From positions 1 to 34,847 of the forward strand of contig FLMG01003980.1 of assembly GCA_900088475.1 (NCBI GenBank): a DNA stretch of 34,847 nt. Direction: 5' to 3'. Position numbers and translations under genes: made by a program. A model generated the notes under the pieces. That model was not told the origin of the DNA and did no database searches. It saw nothing but the letters and a program-made list of their open reading frames with translations. The stretch comes from Hyphochytrium catenoides (Eukaryota > Protista > Hyphochytriomycota). Of the stretch, positions 11,419 to 23,537 are shown piece after piece; within the stretch, counting starts at the first letter, position 1; each line of letters opens with the position of its first letter.

Positions 11419-13664
11419 ATGGCGAACTCCCAAGTTGATGAGCTCCGACAGCCGAGTGCCCTTCCTCCAGCGCTAAAGAGTGAGAGGGAAACCCTGCCAC
11501 CGATCGAGGAGAAGGTGGTGCAGCAGGAGAAGACTGCGGCAGCATCAGCAATGAAATACTTGGCCAGCTCCCTTCAGAGGAGTGGCGAAGCAGCTACGAA
11601 GAAACAGACAATTGGCCCAGAGATGGCGTCCCTCAGTGGCGTAGGAGCCATAAAGGTAGCGGCACCCTCTTCTGCAGATTCCCCCTTCCTCAGCCTCTAC
11701 CTGGCCTTTACCTAGCACAGAGCCCATGATGCCACTGACGCATCTCTTTCCGCATCACTCACAAGAGCTTGAAGAGGCCCCGCTTTGAGTTGCGGCAATT
11801 CGAGTTGGGCCCCACAGTGGGCACTGGGACCTTTGGGCGGGTGAAGCTTGTCCGGCACAGTCCCAGTGCAAGGTTCTACGCGCTGAAGATTTTCAAGAAG
11901 TGTGACATCCTGAGGCTTAAGCAGCTGGAGCATCTGAAGTCAGAGATTCGCATACTCCTCTCCCTGCAGCACCCGAACATTGCCAACATGTGAGAAGTTT
12001 CATCGGCTCTTCTTGCTCTCCTCGTCTTTGTGTTCCCGTCCCCGATCACCTCTCGCTCTTCCTGAAAATCCTGGCTGCCTCCATCTGACTAAGGATCCTT
12101 CTTTCCGAGATGTTTCTCTTCAACGACTTCTTCCTTGATGTGCCTCACACGCTGCTGCTTATCATGATCCTCTCTTAGGCTGGGCTTCTTTCAGGACGAC
12201 AAACGAGTGTTTATGGTGCTTGAGTACATCCCAGGCGGCGAGCTCTTCACACATCTTCGCCGGGTTGGCAGGTATAGCTAATCCAACTACTCTTTAACTC
12301 GTAGATGAGCACCGATCAACCCATCTCCTCGCCCCGGTCTCTCTTCACTCTGTTCATCACCATTACAGAGTAGACGAGGCTACGGCACGGTTCTATGCCG
12401 CCCAGGTGACTCTCTGCTTTGAAAACCTTCACGGCAAATCTATTGCCTATCGGGATCTCAAGCCTGAGAATGTTCTGTTGACAAGGACGGGATACCTCAA
12501 GCTCACGGACTTCGGCTTCGCCAAAGTCGTCGTCGACAAGTAAGGGCTCGACAGTCGTGGGGAGGATAGGAACTAATGCTCTGGAGTATAGGAGCTGCCC
12601 GGGGAGACGAGCCAGGAGAAGACAAAGAGAGAGAGAGAGCGTGTTTGAAGGAGAGACAAAAGACAGAAAGATATCACCTAGGTGGTGGGTAGATCGAGAG
12701 GGCGGAAGAGAGAAGGAGGGATGATGACCAGGATGTATGCCCCAGACCAGCAGACGTCCCACCTCAGTATAAGATGAAGCCTTTACGTAGCTCAACGTTG
12801 ATCAGCATGGTTGCATCTGGTGTTCTTACGGATAGACAGCACGGGCAGGGTGTCTGACTTGAAGCGCTGTTTCAGGACGTGGACTTTGTGCGGGACGCCC
12901 GAATACTTGGCACCAGAGATTATCCAGAGCCGCGGCCATGGCCAGCCGGTGGATTGGTGGGCACTGGGCGTGCTACTTTTCGAGCTGTTGGCGGGGTATC
13001 CGCCTTTTTATGACGAGAATCCCTTTGGAATCTATCAAAAGATTCTCGCCGGGCGCCTGGACTTCCCCCGACACTTTGAGCTGCGGGCCCGCGATCTCAT
13101 CAAGAAGCTGCTCACGGCAGATTTAACGAGGAGAATAGGTGGGCGAGGCGCTAATAAGCGGGGCCAAGGGACAGAAGGGATGGGAAGCAGTCTGAGTATG
13201 AGAACTCGTGCAATAGCTTAGGAGCTTATATCGTGGCCTTCTGTTTCTCCCGCTTGTCTCGCTCTAGAGTGGCCAGACTTCCTCAGCTCTCTCACCTACC
13301 TTCTCCACTGCGTATCTACCGCGCATGTAATCTCTCTTGTTTTAGGCTGCCTTAAGAATGGAGCGGCCGACGTCAAGCGACACAAGTGGTTCGCCAGGAT
13401 AAACTTCGATGACTTGCTGGCAGGTAAGCCTTTCCTAGGACAAGTGACCGTCCTCTGTCCTTATCCATCTACATCCTCTCCTCCAAAGGAGTAATAAACC
13501 TTGCTGGCATTCTTCTAGGGACCATTCCTGCACCCTATGTTCCTGCTGTGGAGAGTGATGGAGACACCAAGAACTTCGACGACTACCCGGACTCTCCTGA
13601 AGACTCTGCCACAGCCCTAACGGCCACAGACAAGCTCCTCTTCTCGGAGCTAGACAGCTTCTGA
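11419..13664 (+). CDS. cAMP-dependent protein kinase catalytic subunit (AGC family, PRKX-like), 7 exons
   Basis: Exons 11419-11655, 11766-11989, 12179-12271, 12369-12539, 12876-13138, 13346-13423, 13519-13664. Motifs [90 protein letters not shown]. Confidence 0.95.
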
Positions 13665-13768
13665 AATAGGCCGGTCGACCTTCGCTTGACCATCTACCCA
13701 AATCTAACTGTCGCCCAACAGCCATAAAAGAAGGCTAAGGGTCACAACTTATGGTGGCCCTACTGCAT

Positions 13769-16700
13769 CTAAAGCTTGCCACTCTTGACCGAGCGCTGCA
13801 TTCTCGGTGCTGCCAATGCGAGCAAAAGCAGCTGCAGATTGGCGTAGACAAGGATGACGGAGTCGAAAATAAACTTTGGTGCGAAGATCGCCCAAACCAT
13901 GAGGTGCCGCCGTAGTGCGCTAACAGAGACCATAGTGACCGTAGTGTTCAAGGAGAAGTAACAGTTCAAACCCAGGATGAGGGTGAGGAAGGCTTCCCCT
14001 CCACCTACATGTCCGGACATTGGGGGACAGGACGTTAGGAGTAAGTTAGAGCTATGTAGAAGTGCAATCAGGACCCATCCTCACCCTTACTACGATCAGG
14101 CAGCAGCGCCGCAGCTCCAAAAATGCTTACAGTATAGGACCCGAACGTGTTGAGAGCCAGAAGGGTGCCTAGTGAAAGGAGAATAAGTTCAAACTAATTA
14201 GTCACCAAGACCGTGCAGAGAGAGGGACTTTAATGCTCCAGAACTGAATGCGAAATCAAGGAAGAGAAGGAGAAAGGAAGTGCGCATCCTCATATGTTTC
14301 CCCAGTCAGGCTAATGTTACGACAAGATATATGGAAGGGTGAGCCTCTAGACTTACCGGCTATATAGTAGTTGAATGTGGTGAACCCCACAAAGCCCGCG
14401 GCATTCTGCAGGAAGCTGATGTCTAAGGAGAGATTGTGAAGAAAGGGAATGACAGCTCGAGCGCAGATGCTGTCCGACTTACTATTATGATGCCCAGTAG
14501 CGAAGAAGAAGTGGGAACTCGAGAACCCCAGGAGGATGGGCAGCCCCAGCGGGAGCCTGTCATAGAGAAAAGGGTTCCATCATTAGAATGTGTGTCCTCG
14601 CATCCCCCATACTATTGTGTAGATATTATGGCCTGCGCGCACCTGTCATAAGCCCTTGCAAGCTGCATCAGACACTGAAGTTGAGCAAGCAGAAACGCGA
14701 CGATAATTGGAGAGGTAGGTCCCAGTACTAGGAGATAGGAAGGTGCGAAAGCCAGAAGGAACTTTCTGCACCACTCCTGGGAAGTTTGTTAGTGCCTATG
14801 GTCTCTTTGATTGTTCAGATGTAAGGCACGAGGATGTAGGACGAAGGGCCAGGATCAGCCTGAAAGTGTAGAGATCTTCAAGCACCGACCTGCATCCTGA
14901 GACCTCCACTGGTATACCCCAGGGCAATGGTGGGTCTGAACAGGAGCACTGCAAGCCACACTAGAGACAACACGTAGACGCCGCGTGGCAACATGAGCCT
15001 CCAGTTATCCGGAAGGTTATCCATTGACGTCCAGTAGACAAGCACAAGGATGTACTGAACAACTAGGCTCAGACTCCCCCATGAAAAAGCAGAGACTCTA
15101 AGGCTTCCGCAAGAGTCAGCGAATATGTTGCCTGAAACTGGAGGCGGGTTTAGCGGCACGAAAAGTATTGCATAAGGCTGAAGACTGAAGGGAAGAAGAG
15201 GTAACGTACTAAACTTCAAGACAGGCAGGTGTAAGGGCAGGTTAAGGAAAGGGAGAAATGTGCAGAGCTGACAGGTGAGATCAAAGATGAAGATAGCAAG
15301 AGAGGGGGCTGCGATATAACAAGGGTTAGAGAGGAGCACGTAGACAGCAGAAAAGTCGCTACCCACGGGCATATGGAACGAAGAAGTACGGGAGAAATGT
15401 CCCTAAGTGTGACACGGTGACTATCTGTACATTTGGCTGTCCATACATAGAGCAACCCCGGATGCAGAGCACCTGTACAGCGAGACATAGAGCAACTTGG
15501 AAGACTGGGACCCCTAGGCGCACAGCCTTCCCACAGCAAAAGTTAGATTATGTTCAGCTTAGTTCACCGAAAGAGAATGAAAGCTTAGATCAAGTGTGAA
15601 GCGGCTCACCTCCCAAGCCAGCACAATCGAGCCCGAGACGTAGAGAAAGGCCACAACGTGATGTTCAGCTACCACAAAGCTATTCGAGAAGATTGAGTAT
15701 GAATGGAGGGCGAGCAGGAGCAAACCGGCAGCCGTCACTACTGAAACTTTGGGCTTAGTCTGGTAGCCCTTCATGTTCGAGACCAGTGTTGAAGGAGCGG
15801 CCTTCCCGAAAGTCAGAATGGCAATTCCTCCGCTATAAAGGAACAGAAGGAAACCAGTCTTTACAGTGCCAAGCTTGAAGACAAAGGCGCTTGCCACGGT
15901 CAGAAGGCCTGCCACAGGGGCGATAGCAAGCCATCCCCACGGAGGAAACGACAGTCTACATGGCGCACTTGAAGGAGAATCCTTGCTAGGACTGAGGAGA
16001 AAGGCTAGCAAGCAGACACTAAAAGCCATCGTCCCGATCCCTAAGGCCAGACGGGAAGCGCGTTACGGCGGCAATGCAATGAAAGTGCACATCGATACAA
16101 CAGAGATGTTGAAGCAGACAAAGTGAGATAGAGGGAACAAACAGAACTCACCCATTCCCATAGAATTCAGATCAAACTGAGTCCATATCTGCCGCCCCAT
16201 CGCCAAGGCATCGCGCAGATACTTCTGGAGCTGAGGACAAGTACGGAGGCAATAAAAACCAGGAAAAAGTTTGATAATGGTAGGGAGCATTTGTGGCAGG
16301 CAAGAGAGAAGTACCTTCCGCGTAAGCTTCGTCTTCCCCGCAGTGCCGCTGTCTTTGGCCTTCTTCCATTGCTCTGAGACGCCTTCATAGGCAGCCTCCA
16401 AGTTTAGAAGCTCTTCCACCGGCAAACCCGCTAACTTAGCGTACGTCAGCACATACTCTCGGACCTCGACATCATAAAGAGTCACTTAAGACAAGTGCTT
16501 CATAAGAGGGAGGTTTGAAGATGGAGAAGACATACTGGTGCATTATACTACGGAGAAAGAAGGACGAGCCTGAAGAACAGCAGGCACGGAGCTACAATGC
16601 GTCTTGAAGTGGCTTTCTACAGAAAGGTGTGAAATGCCGCGCCAAAAAGGATGCAGGGCAGGAAGGCCGGTAACGAGACACAAAAGTCTAAAGCCCTAAA

Positions 16701-19085
16701 GCACGATGGTGTACGGAAGTAGAAGAATATATTCAACTCAAGTACGCAACATGTGCCTGCAGGAGCTTGCTGTCTTACCTGTCTTGCATTGACGAAGAGC
16801 GCATCGTTAAGTGCTTGCATCTCCTGCTGAAAGGAGCTATCTGGAGTACTCTCGAGCCCGTTGTAGGGATGGAAAAATAGGTCGGGTATTACGCCTCCTA
16901 GATTCGCAAAGGGTATTGGTAACCCTAAGAGCAGGGCGAGAGTCGGGACGATATCCACCTGGGGAATGACGATTGGCTCCGTCTGAGGGCTATAGAAAGA
17001 GAGAGGATGGCGAATAGGGAAAGAGAGATTGAGGCGAGGTAAGTGGAATAGAGGGAGAGGTGCAAGGACGCCCTGGAAGGTCCAACCTAGCCGGGCTTGT
17101 TTCAAAGTTAAGACGGTGCTTCACATCCTTCCGCTGAGGGTCTAAGTCGCTGAGGATGGATGTCAGGTTCCCTATTGATTAGTTCGCAGAGCAATTATGG
17201 GGCGACGAGCAGCGAGAGTGAGACAAAGTGACGAGAAAGCGTAGATTGCGCCTAAAGGACTGATCATACTCACAACTTCCAGCAGGAAGCGCTCCGGGAG
17301 CGTAGAGGAAGAGCGCCGCTCCTAGTTCCTCAGGCGTTGCACCTCCATGGTTCCCGTCATGAGTCATCCCGTGATCTCCAAAGATCTTCAAGAGGCGACG
17401 GGATGAGAACGTCGCACAACGTGAAGTCGAAAGAGTGAAAAGTATGGGGGAGAGGAAGATCACCGAGGAAGATCCTTAGACCGCTCACCAGTACGATCGT
17501 ATCATTATCCGCCGCTTGGAGGACCGCTTCCAGTTCTTGATTGATCTCCTCTAGTTTGTCCTGCACTGAAGCCCAAGGAACTGAGCTAAAACTTCTACAT
17601 CCTATTCAGCTTGACCATTTCTCTCTTTGTTGCTCCATGTTCTGTTTCCCTTGTCCATGCAACTTTGTATCTAATCTCGTCTCTGCTTTTTAATGTCTAC
17701 AAACGGTTTCTCTTCCGCTCGACCTTTTCTCTTCCCGCTTTTTACTTTCATTGAAATAACATACTTGCCGGGTGGTCCGGCCCAAAGGTGTGCCCGACAT
17801 GATCTACTCCCAGAAAATGCGCCACTATTAAATCGTTGTCACCGGCCTAGGACGTGAAAGGCAAAAAGCGGGAAAAGCGAGTCAAGTGACGCATGCCTTC
17901 AAACGTAAGCAAGCGCCATGATCAGGACCTTGATAGCAGGAAGCAGATGAGCCTTTACGCCTCGGTCGACCGTGTGCAGATCCTACGCATGCCACGAGTT
18001 AGTGAATCCATGCGACTTTGTCTCTGATTGTGACGTATGTCTCTTCCTGCACTCGGTCATGAGCCGCTTCTGCCCATTCTCAAGCTACCTCGATGTCCCT
18101 CCTGTTGTATACTTTGGATCACCCACCTTTACATCGTAGGACGGATAAGGGAAGCTAGCTGTGAAGATGGTTGGGAAGAGCGCAACCCAAGTGTCATCAC
18201 CCATGAACGTCATTCTGGAGTGCATGAGCCACTTCAGTAACGCGGGAAGAATGACAGTTGTTGTCTGCTCACCTACGACCTTGGGCTCCCATTTGAAAGA
18301 GTATGTTGTCCTCCTCTATCTCAGTGCTGGCTAGGTTTTCTCTGAAGTCGATGAAAGTTGGCAGCCCGCCCGTAGTGAGACCCTTCAGCCTCTGCATCGT
18401 CACTGTGGGAGGGTCTGCCTCAAACTGATAGAGTCGCGCCTTGGACGGACTTTTGCGGAGATGGCGGTGGAACACCGGCAGATGGTTGAGGAAGTATGAG
18501 GAAGAGTTGTCACCTGTCGGAAGACATGTACGTTGGCACTTTCTCAGTCATCTCAACACTCTTAAGTTCCAAACTTTAAGTTCTTTTTTTCTCTCTCCCC
18601 TACCGCTCTACCTACCCTTTCTCCTTTCCTTTCCTCTGCACGTCTCTCTCCTCATCCCCGCGACTGTCTTCCAACCGTCTGACGGAATCTAGAGAGTGGT
18701 GTCTTATTCCTGAGCCCCGTCTGGGACCATAAGCTCTCTATCCATCCAGAGGAAGTCGCACCTGTGCCCTCCTCATATCGAGCGAAGTCATAGCGCAATG
18801 CGTCCACTATGACGAGAATGGCCCGTTTGAAGCGACGCGGGTACCTGCTGGGCCGTCAGCGGGGCGAGTATAGAATTATGGACAGTGGACTCACCAGCAT
18901 GACCCCTGGTGGCGTGCCAAGAGCTCACCCAGCGTCAGCTCGTCAGCTGCCCCGGGCGGCCGGTCACAATGAGACTTATTTGTGACCTCATACCGCGTGA
19001 GGAAGAAGCCACCCGTAAAGATGTAGAGTCCGACTCCCTGAAGCACGACCAGCCAGAGCAGAACGAGCACCTGCTTCCACTCCAT
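13769..19085 (-). CDS. PIGO: GPI ethanolamine phosphate transferase 3 (PIG-O/GPI13), about 16-17 exons
   Basis: N-terminal TM then GFFLTR; IVDALRYDF; [26 protein letters not shown]; FMGDDTW; DLHTVD; [11 protein letters not shown]; [13 protein letters not shown]; [24 protein letters not shown]; WTQFD; HFFFATGH; LNTFG; [18 protein letters not shown]. Spliced frame can be followed from ATG 19085 to stop 13769. Confidence 0.95.
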
Positions 19086-19734
19086 TCGCCCGTCCAGCCC
19101 GACCCTGTTCTCTGGCCACACCCTTAAGAGTTGCCTACTCCTGCTGCCGGTATTGGAGTGAGAGTTGGCTTCCGCAGCTCCAAGAAGGATGGGGCCACTC
19201 CGACTCGGTCGGACGATTCTCGATGGAGCTCAGGACACAGCTTGACTGACCCGGCGCTTCCTTTCCCTGTTGCTCTTGACCTCAGGACCGTCCTCTGCCT
19301 CTCTGCGGATCTCTATCCTGGCTTGGTCCCTCCCTCTCTCCTCTCCTGTCGCTCTCCAGCCGCCGCCCTGCTGTCCGTTGTCAGGCGTCAGGCGGCATCC
19401 GCAGCTCTCAGAGCTCTGCCATCATCAGGCCATCAAGCGCTCCAGGAGGAGATCTGAATACGAGGCCGAGGCGTGTGGATGTACAATGCTGTACGGGTCT
19501 ATCTCCCAACCTGGCTGTAGGATGGCGGTTACCCGCTGAATGGGTTGCTTCATGGTAGATACAGAGTTGGAGAGAGAAGAGCCAAGCGTAGGTTTAGAAG
19601 AGAGTAGATTATAGACAGAGTATCTCTAGATGGAGCTCTTGAGTGTAACTTCAACGAGCTCCTGCAGCTTAGAATAGAAGGGGAATGGGGAGAGCTTCTT
19701 TGGAGAGCTTCGTTAAAACAAGACATCCACGGAT

Positions 19735-19842
19735 TCTCTCTCCCTCTCTCTCCCTCTCTCTCTCTCTCTCTCTTGTCTCTCTCTCTCTCTTTCCTCTCTC
19801 TCTGTTGTCTCTCTCTTCTCTCTCTCTCTCTCTCTCTCTCTC
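19735..19842. repeat. Imperfect (CT)n microsatellite
   Basis: Directly visible CT dinucleotide run; explains the spurious RERE/SLSL ORFs here. Confidence 0.95.
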
Positions 19843-20199
19843 GCTCTTGTCTCTACATTCCTCGCTTTCTCTTCTCACACTCCCTTGCACTTGTGCGCTC
19901 CCGCTGTCGCTGTCCCAGCCCGCTCCACCTACCCTGTCCCACTCTCTCACGCGTCGCCCTGTAGATAACAGTAGATCCAGAGGGAGATGTTCTCTGGACG
20001 GGTCTAAAGGAGGACCTAGGACCAGCTCCCCATGACAGTGACTGCAGACAGTGTTGATGTGCGAATCTAACGCCAATTCTCTTCCTGAAGACTGTCATAG
20101 TCCCTCGCGCTGAGCCTCACTCTCTGAGGGCTCCCACGGCAATGAGCACTGTGTCGCTCTCGCAGGAGCTCTGAACGCCTAGAAAGCAAAACCTCCCCA

Positions 20200-23175
20200 A
20201 TGCTGATCTACTTCCTCACTCTCGGCGTCCTCCTCCTCCCCACCTTGGCGAACGACAGCCACCCTTCGGAAGCCAGGAGGGGAGTTCCACATGCAGAAGG
20301 GCCACACGTGACGCACAAAACAGTATCTCTGCCGCTGGTGTCGGAGAGCTTCGATGGCCAGGTCAGGATTCAACTGGAGTTCTTTGATGGAAGTCCGGGT
20401 TCAGGAAGCAAGAGAGCTCCGAGCGGGATATCTGCTGGAAAAAGCACTGGGAGCGAAAGGGAGCCGCCCAATTTGAAAGAGAAGGACAGTTGCTCCTGCT
20501 CTTCTAGAATATCTCTTCTCACAAAGGAAGGAAGGACCCTGAAGTCTTTCTCTGCCTGCGGAGATTCTTCACCCTTTCTCTCCTCGCCGTCCGCCTCCGC
20601 CTCCTCTGCGGTCTCCGTCCACACGGTTCTCTCTCTTACAGAGCCATCCCTCCCAAGAAAAGGGAAGAATCAAGCCACCTCTACCGTCTCTCTTTCTAAT
20701 AGTTCTTCCCCTTCTCTCCGGGCTTTCGTCTCCTATTTCTGCTCTCTGTATACACGCACGCTCTCTGACTTCTGCGAAGAGAAGGTGAGCGAAGTCGTAG
20801 TTCCAGCCTGGGTGGAAGGAGAGCAATATTGCAGAGCAGGCAGCGCTGAGGGCTCACCCTCTCATTCTCCTTCCCCTTGCCGTTCACAATCCCAATCCTG
20901 GTCGTCTTTAGAGGTCTGCCTTCCTCCTCGAACTCCATCTCATCCGCCACCTTCTCTCTCTTCTCCCTCCTCTCTTTCAATCGATTGCTGTAGCTCCGGT
21001 CAGCCTTTTTCTACCAGGAAGGCAGAGGAGCAACGGCCCTTTTCCCGTGTTTTTGCATTCGCTATAGATGTACAATGGAGCTTTGGGGTGCTGCTCACCC
21101 TGACCACTGAAGAAGGCGCGCTGCGCTATATACCGGTGACGACTGAGAATAAAGACCTGCAGGGCTTCTGTCACCACTACCAGGTGACTGAGCAACACTG
21201 CAGAAAGTTAAAGAAGGCAATCAGCAGCAGGAGAGAGATCCTGCAGATGGTGAATGATTTGCTCTCGACTCCTCTTTCTCCTACCCGTGTCTCCCCTCCT
21301 CCCTCTCCCGAGATGCTAGAGGAGTCAGAGAGTCAGTCTGGCAAACATCAAGCTCGTAAGCGGCTGTCGGCTTTCGCAGAACAATGGCCTGCTGAGGACG
21401 AACAGGCGGGTAGCCCAGGACTAGCCAAGAACGATCAGATTTCGAGGAAAAGGGTCATCGAGGAAAGTCTCTTTGAGGGCTGCTGGCGGCATGAAGGCCT
21501 AGCTACCGTCCACTGGTGCCGGTACCGCTCAGTCTGTGTAGAGGAGCGGACAGGGCTTGTCATCTTCGCAGTCAATAACTCAACTGCGCGGAAGATTGGT
21601 AGACGGCACCTCCTCTCACACTTAGGGGACGAAACAGCGGATCGACTTGCGATGGATACATTTCTGGGCTCTTTGTCTTCTTGGAGCAACCTGGGGAGAG
21701 AGCAAATGGTCCTGCCATTGAAAGGGAAGGCAGAGAAGAACAGTGAGGCTAGGGAGGTAGACGAAGGAGAACATCTGCATCCCTTGCGAGACAGTTTTCT
21801 ACTCCCTCCGCGCTCTTTCTTGATTGGCCGTTTCCACTCTATCTCCTCTCTCGCGTCACGCAAAATATCCCGCTGGGTCTCGGGCAAGACGTTCTTGGCC
21901 ACGCCACTAACAGACAAGTCAAATATATATCACTGGGCTGAGAAGTTCATGGTGGCTTACACCATACGTCAGGCTGAGGAAAATGAAGAGAAATCTGCCC
22001 CAGAGAACATGGTTACACAGAACAATGGACGAGAGAGACAAGTCCCAACACCTCGTGATGCAGAGGCAGGTGATAGCTCAGAGGACTTGGGACTGAATGT
22101 TACCTCTTTGGCCAACGTTGACACGGACAATTCGCGTCGATGCTACCGTTCAGCACGGCTGATGAGAGATCAAAGAGGCAAACGAACCAACAAGCTCACA
22201 GGAGAGCTTGCGGATGTAGGCCTTGTGAACTATGGCAGGAAGCGGTTTGATCAGTTGACGATAGTAGAGCATAAAGACTTCGACCGGGTGGCATGGCAGG
22301 AGAAGCTCATCGAACTTCTCTTTGGGAAGGAAGTAACTCGATCCGCCTCGTTCCTCAGAATAGAAACATCGGAAGAAGAGGATGAGCAGGAGAGAAGCCC
22401 GGCACCCCTCATCTGCTACGATGATGTTACCATCCCTGGAGCGTCTCCATTTTTTGTACCCTCTCGACAAGCTGCTGAGCAGTTTTTTCGCGAGGTTTCC
22501 GCCAAACGTCGCAACACTTCATCCTTTGCTTTGCCTTTGGGCTCCTCGTCCCTGCTGGACTCGAAAGCTGAATATATAGTCCTTATTAGTAGAGCCGCTG
22601 CAAGGACCCGGAAGATTATCAACGAGGCAGAGCTTATCGAGCCTCTGCGGAAGCTATGGGACGAGGAAATGGATAGGCGAGTGAGGGAAGGTGGGCTTGA
22701 GAAACTGAGAGAGAGACCAAGAAAGGTCGTTTTGGCTCATCTGCAGGGTCTTAGTTTCGAGGAGCAGATCTTCCTGTTCTCTCGCTGTGTGATGCTGGTT
22801 GCTCTTCATGGCGCGGGTCTTGCGAATATCCTCTTTCTGCCTCCTGGAGCGGTGGTAGTGGAGATCTCGGAGCCACTCTTCCCTAAGAAGCTATACCAGA
22901 CCCTGGCCATGGCGACAGGGCATCCTTACTTTATTCACCTTGCCAGAGATAACAGAGACAGACAGGGGCAAAAGTTCTCAGAGGAAGAGGAAAGAGTGTA
23001 TTACGAGGATCCGCACTTCGTGGAGAGATATGGAGAGGAAGGGATTCGTCAGTGCTTCTATTCCCGGAAATGTTTCCATACAAGCAACGCGTACGCGCTC
23101 CACCTCTCGCCCTCTTATTTTAAAGAGACAGTCAGGACAGCGATCAGGTACCTGCCAGACCTAGGTGAAGAGTAG
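20200..23175 (+). CDS. Glycosyltransferase family 61 (DUF563-type) protein with N-terminal signal peptide, single exon, 991 aa
   Basis: Uninterrupted ORF; signal peptide MLIYFLTLGVLLLPTLA; GT61 hallmarks CRYRSVCV, NIYHW, LISR..RKIINEAEL, LSFEEQIFLFSRCVMLVALHGAGLANILFLPPGAVVVEI, YQTLA..GHPY. Confidence 0.85.
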   Translation: MLIYFLTLGVLLLPTLANDSHPSEARRGVPHAEGPHVTHKTVSLPLVSESFDGQVRIQLEFFDGSPGSGSKRAPSGISAGKSTGSEREPPNLKEKDSCSCSSRISLLTKEGRTLKSFSACGDSSPFLSSPSASASSAVSVHTVLSLTEPSLPRKGKNQATSTVSLSNSSSPSLRAFVSYFCSLYTRTLSDFCEEKVSEVVVPAWVEGEQYCRAGSAEGSPSHSPSPCRSQSQSWSSLEVCLPPRTPSHPPPSLSSPSSLSIDCCSSGQPFSTRKAEEQRPFSRVFAFAIDVQWSFGVLLTLTTEEGALRYIPVTTENKDLQGFCHHYQVTEQHCRKLKKAISSRREILQMVNDLLSTPLSPTRVSPPPSPEMLEESESQSGKHQARKRLSAFAEQWPAEDEQAGSPGLAKNDQISRKRVIEESLFEGCWRHEGLATVHWCRYRSVCVEERTGLVIFAVNNSTARKIGRRHLLSHLGDETADRLAMDTFLGSLSSWSNLGREQMVLPLKGKAEKNSEAREVDEGEHLHPLRDSFLLPPRSFLIGRFHSISSLASRKISRWVSGKTFLATPLTDKSNIYHWAEKFMVAYTIRQAEENEEKSAPENMVTQNNGRERQVPTPRDAEAGDSSEDLGLNVTSLANVDTDNSRRCYRSARLMRDQRGKRTNKLTGELADVGLVNYGRKRFDQLTIVEHKDFDRVAWQEKLIELLFGKEVTRSASFLRIETSEEEDEQERSPAPLICYDDVTIPGASPFFVPSRQAAEQFFREVSAKRRNTSSFALPLGSSSLLDSKAEYIVLISRAAARTRKIINEAELIEPLRKLWDEEMDRRVREGGLEKLRERPRKVVLAHLQGLSFEEQIFLFSRCVMLVALHGAGLANILFLPPGAVVVEISEPLFPKKLYQTLAMATGHPYFIHLARDNRDRQGQKFSEEEERVYYEDPHFVERYGEEGIRQCFYSRKCFHTSNAYALHLSPSYFKETVRTAIRYLPDLGEE

Positions 23176-23537
23176 TCCATACTTCCATGAACTCAAAGAT
23201 CTCTCCAAGGGTAGAGAGACTGACGGCAGCCAAAGAGATGTTCAAGCAGCAAAGGCCAGAAACCCACAGTCCTACGTTCAAAAGGCGCACCCGCGGGAAC
23301 ATGCGATGTCAGACGAGAAAGACGCTAATATTATATATTATCATCAGGCACAGACAAACAGCTTTCAGTATACAGTCTCCGTTTGCCCTAGCATAGAGAT
23401 CAGGAGTCTCAACTGGCTGAACTAGGCTAACAACGACGGAGAGGTGCTCCCTTAAATAATGCTCTTGGTAAAAATAGGATGAGAGTGAAAGGAAAGGATA
23501 GAAAGAGAATCAAAGATGAAAATTGATAAATCTTTCT

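Noticed and set aside
19669-20098. ORFs rich in RE or SL dipeptides (also 25189-25545 and around 33200-33600)
   Set aside because: Translation artefacts of (CT)n microsatellites and the N gap.
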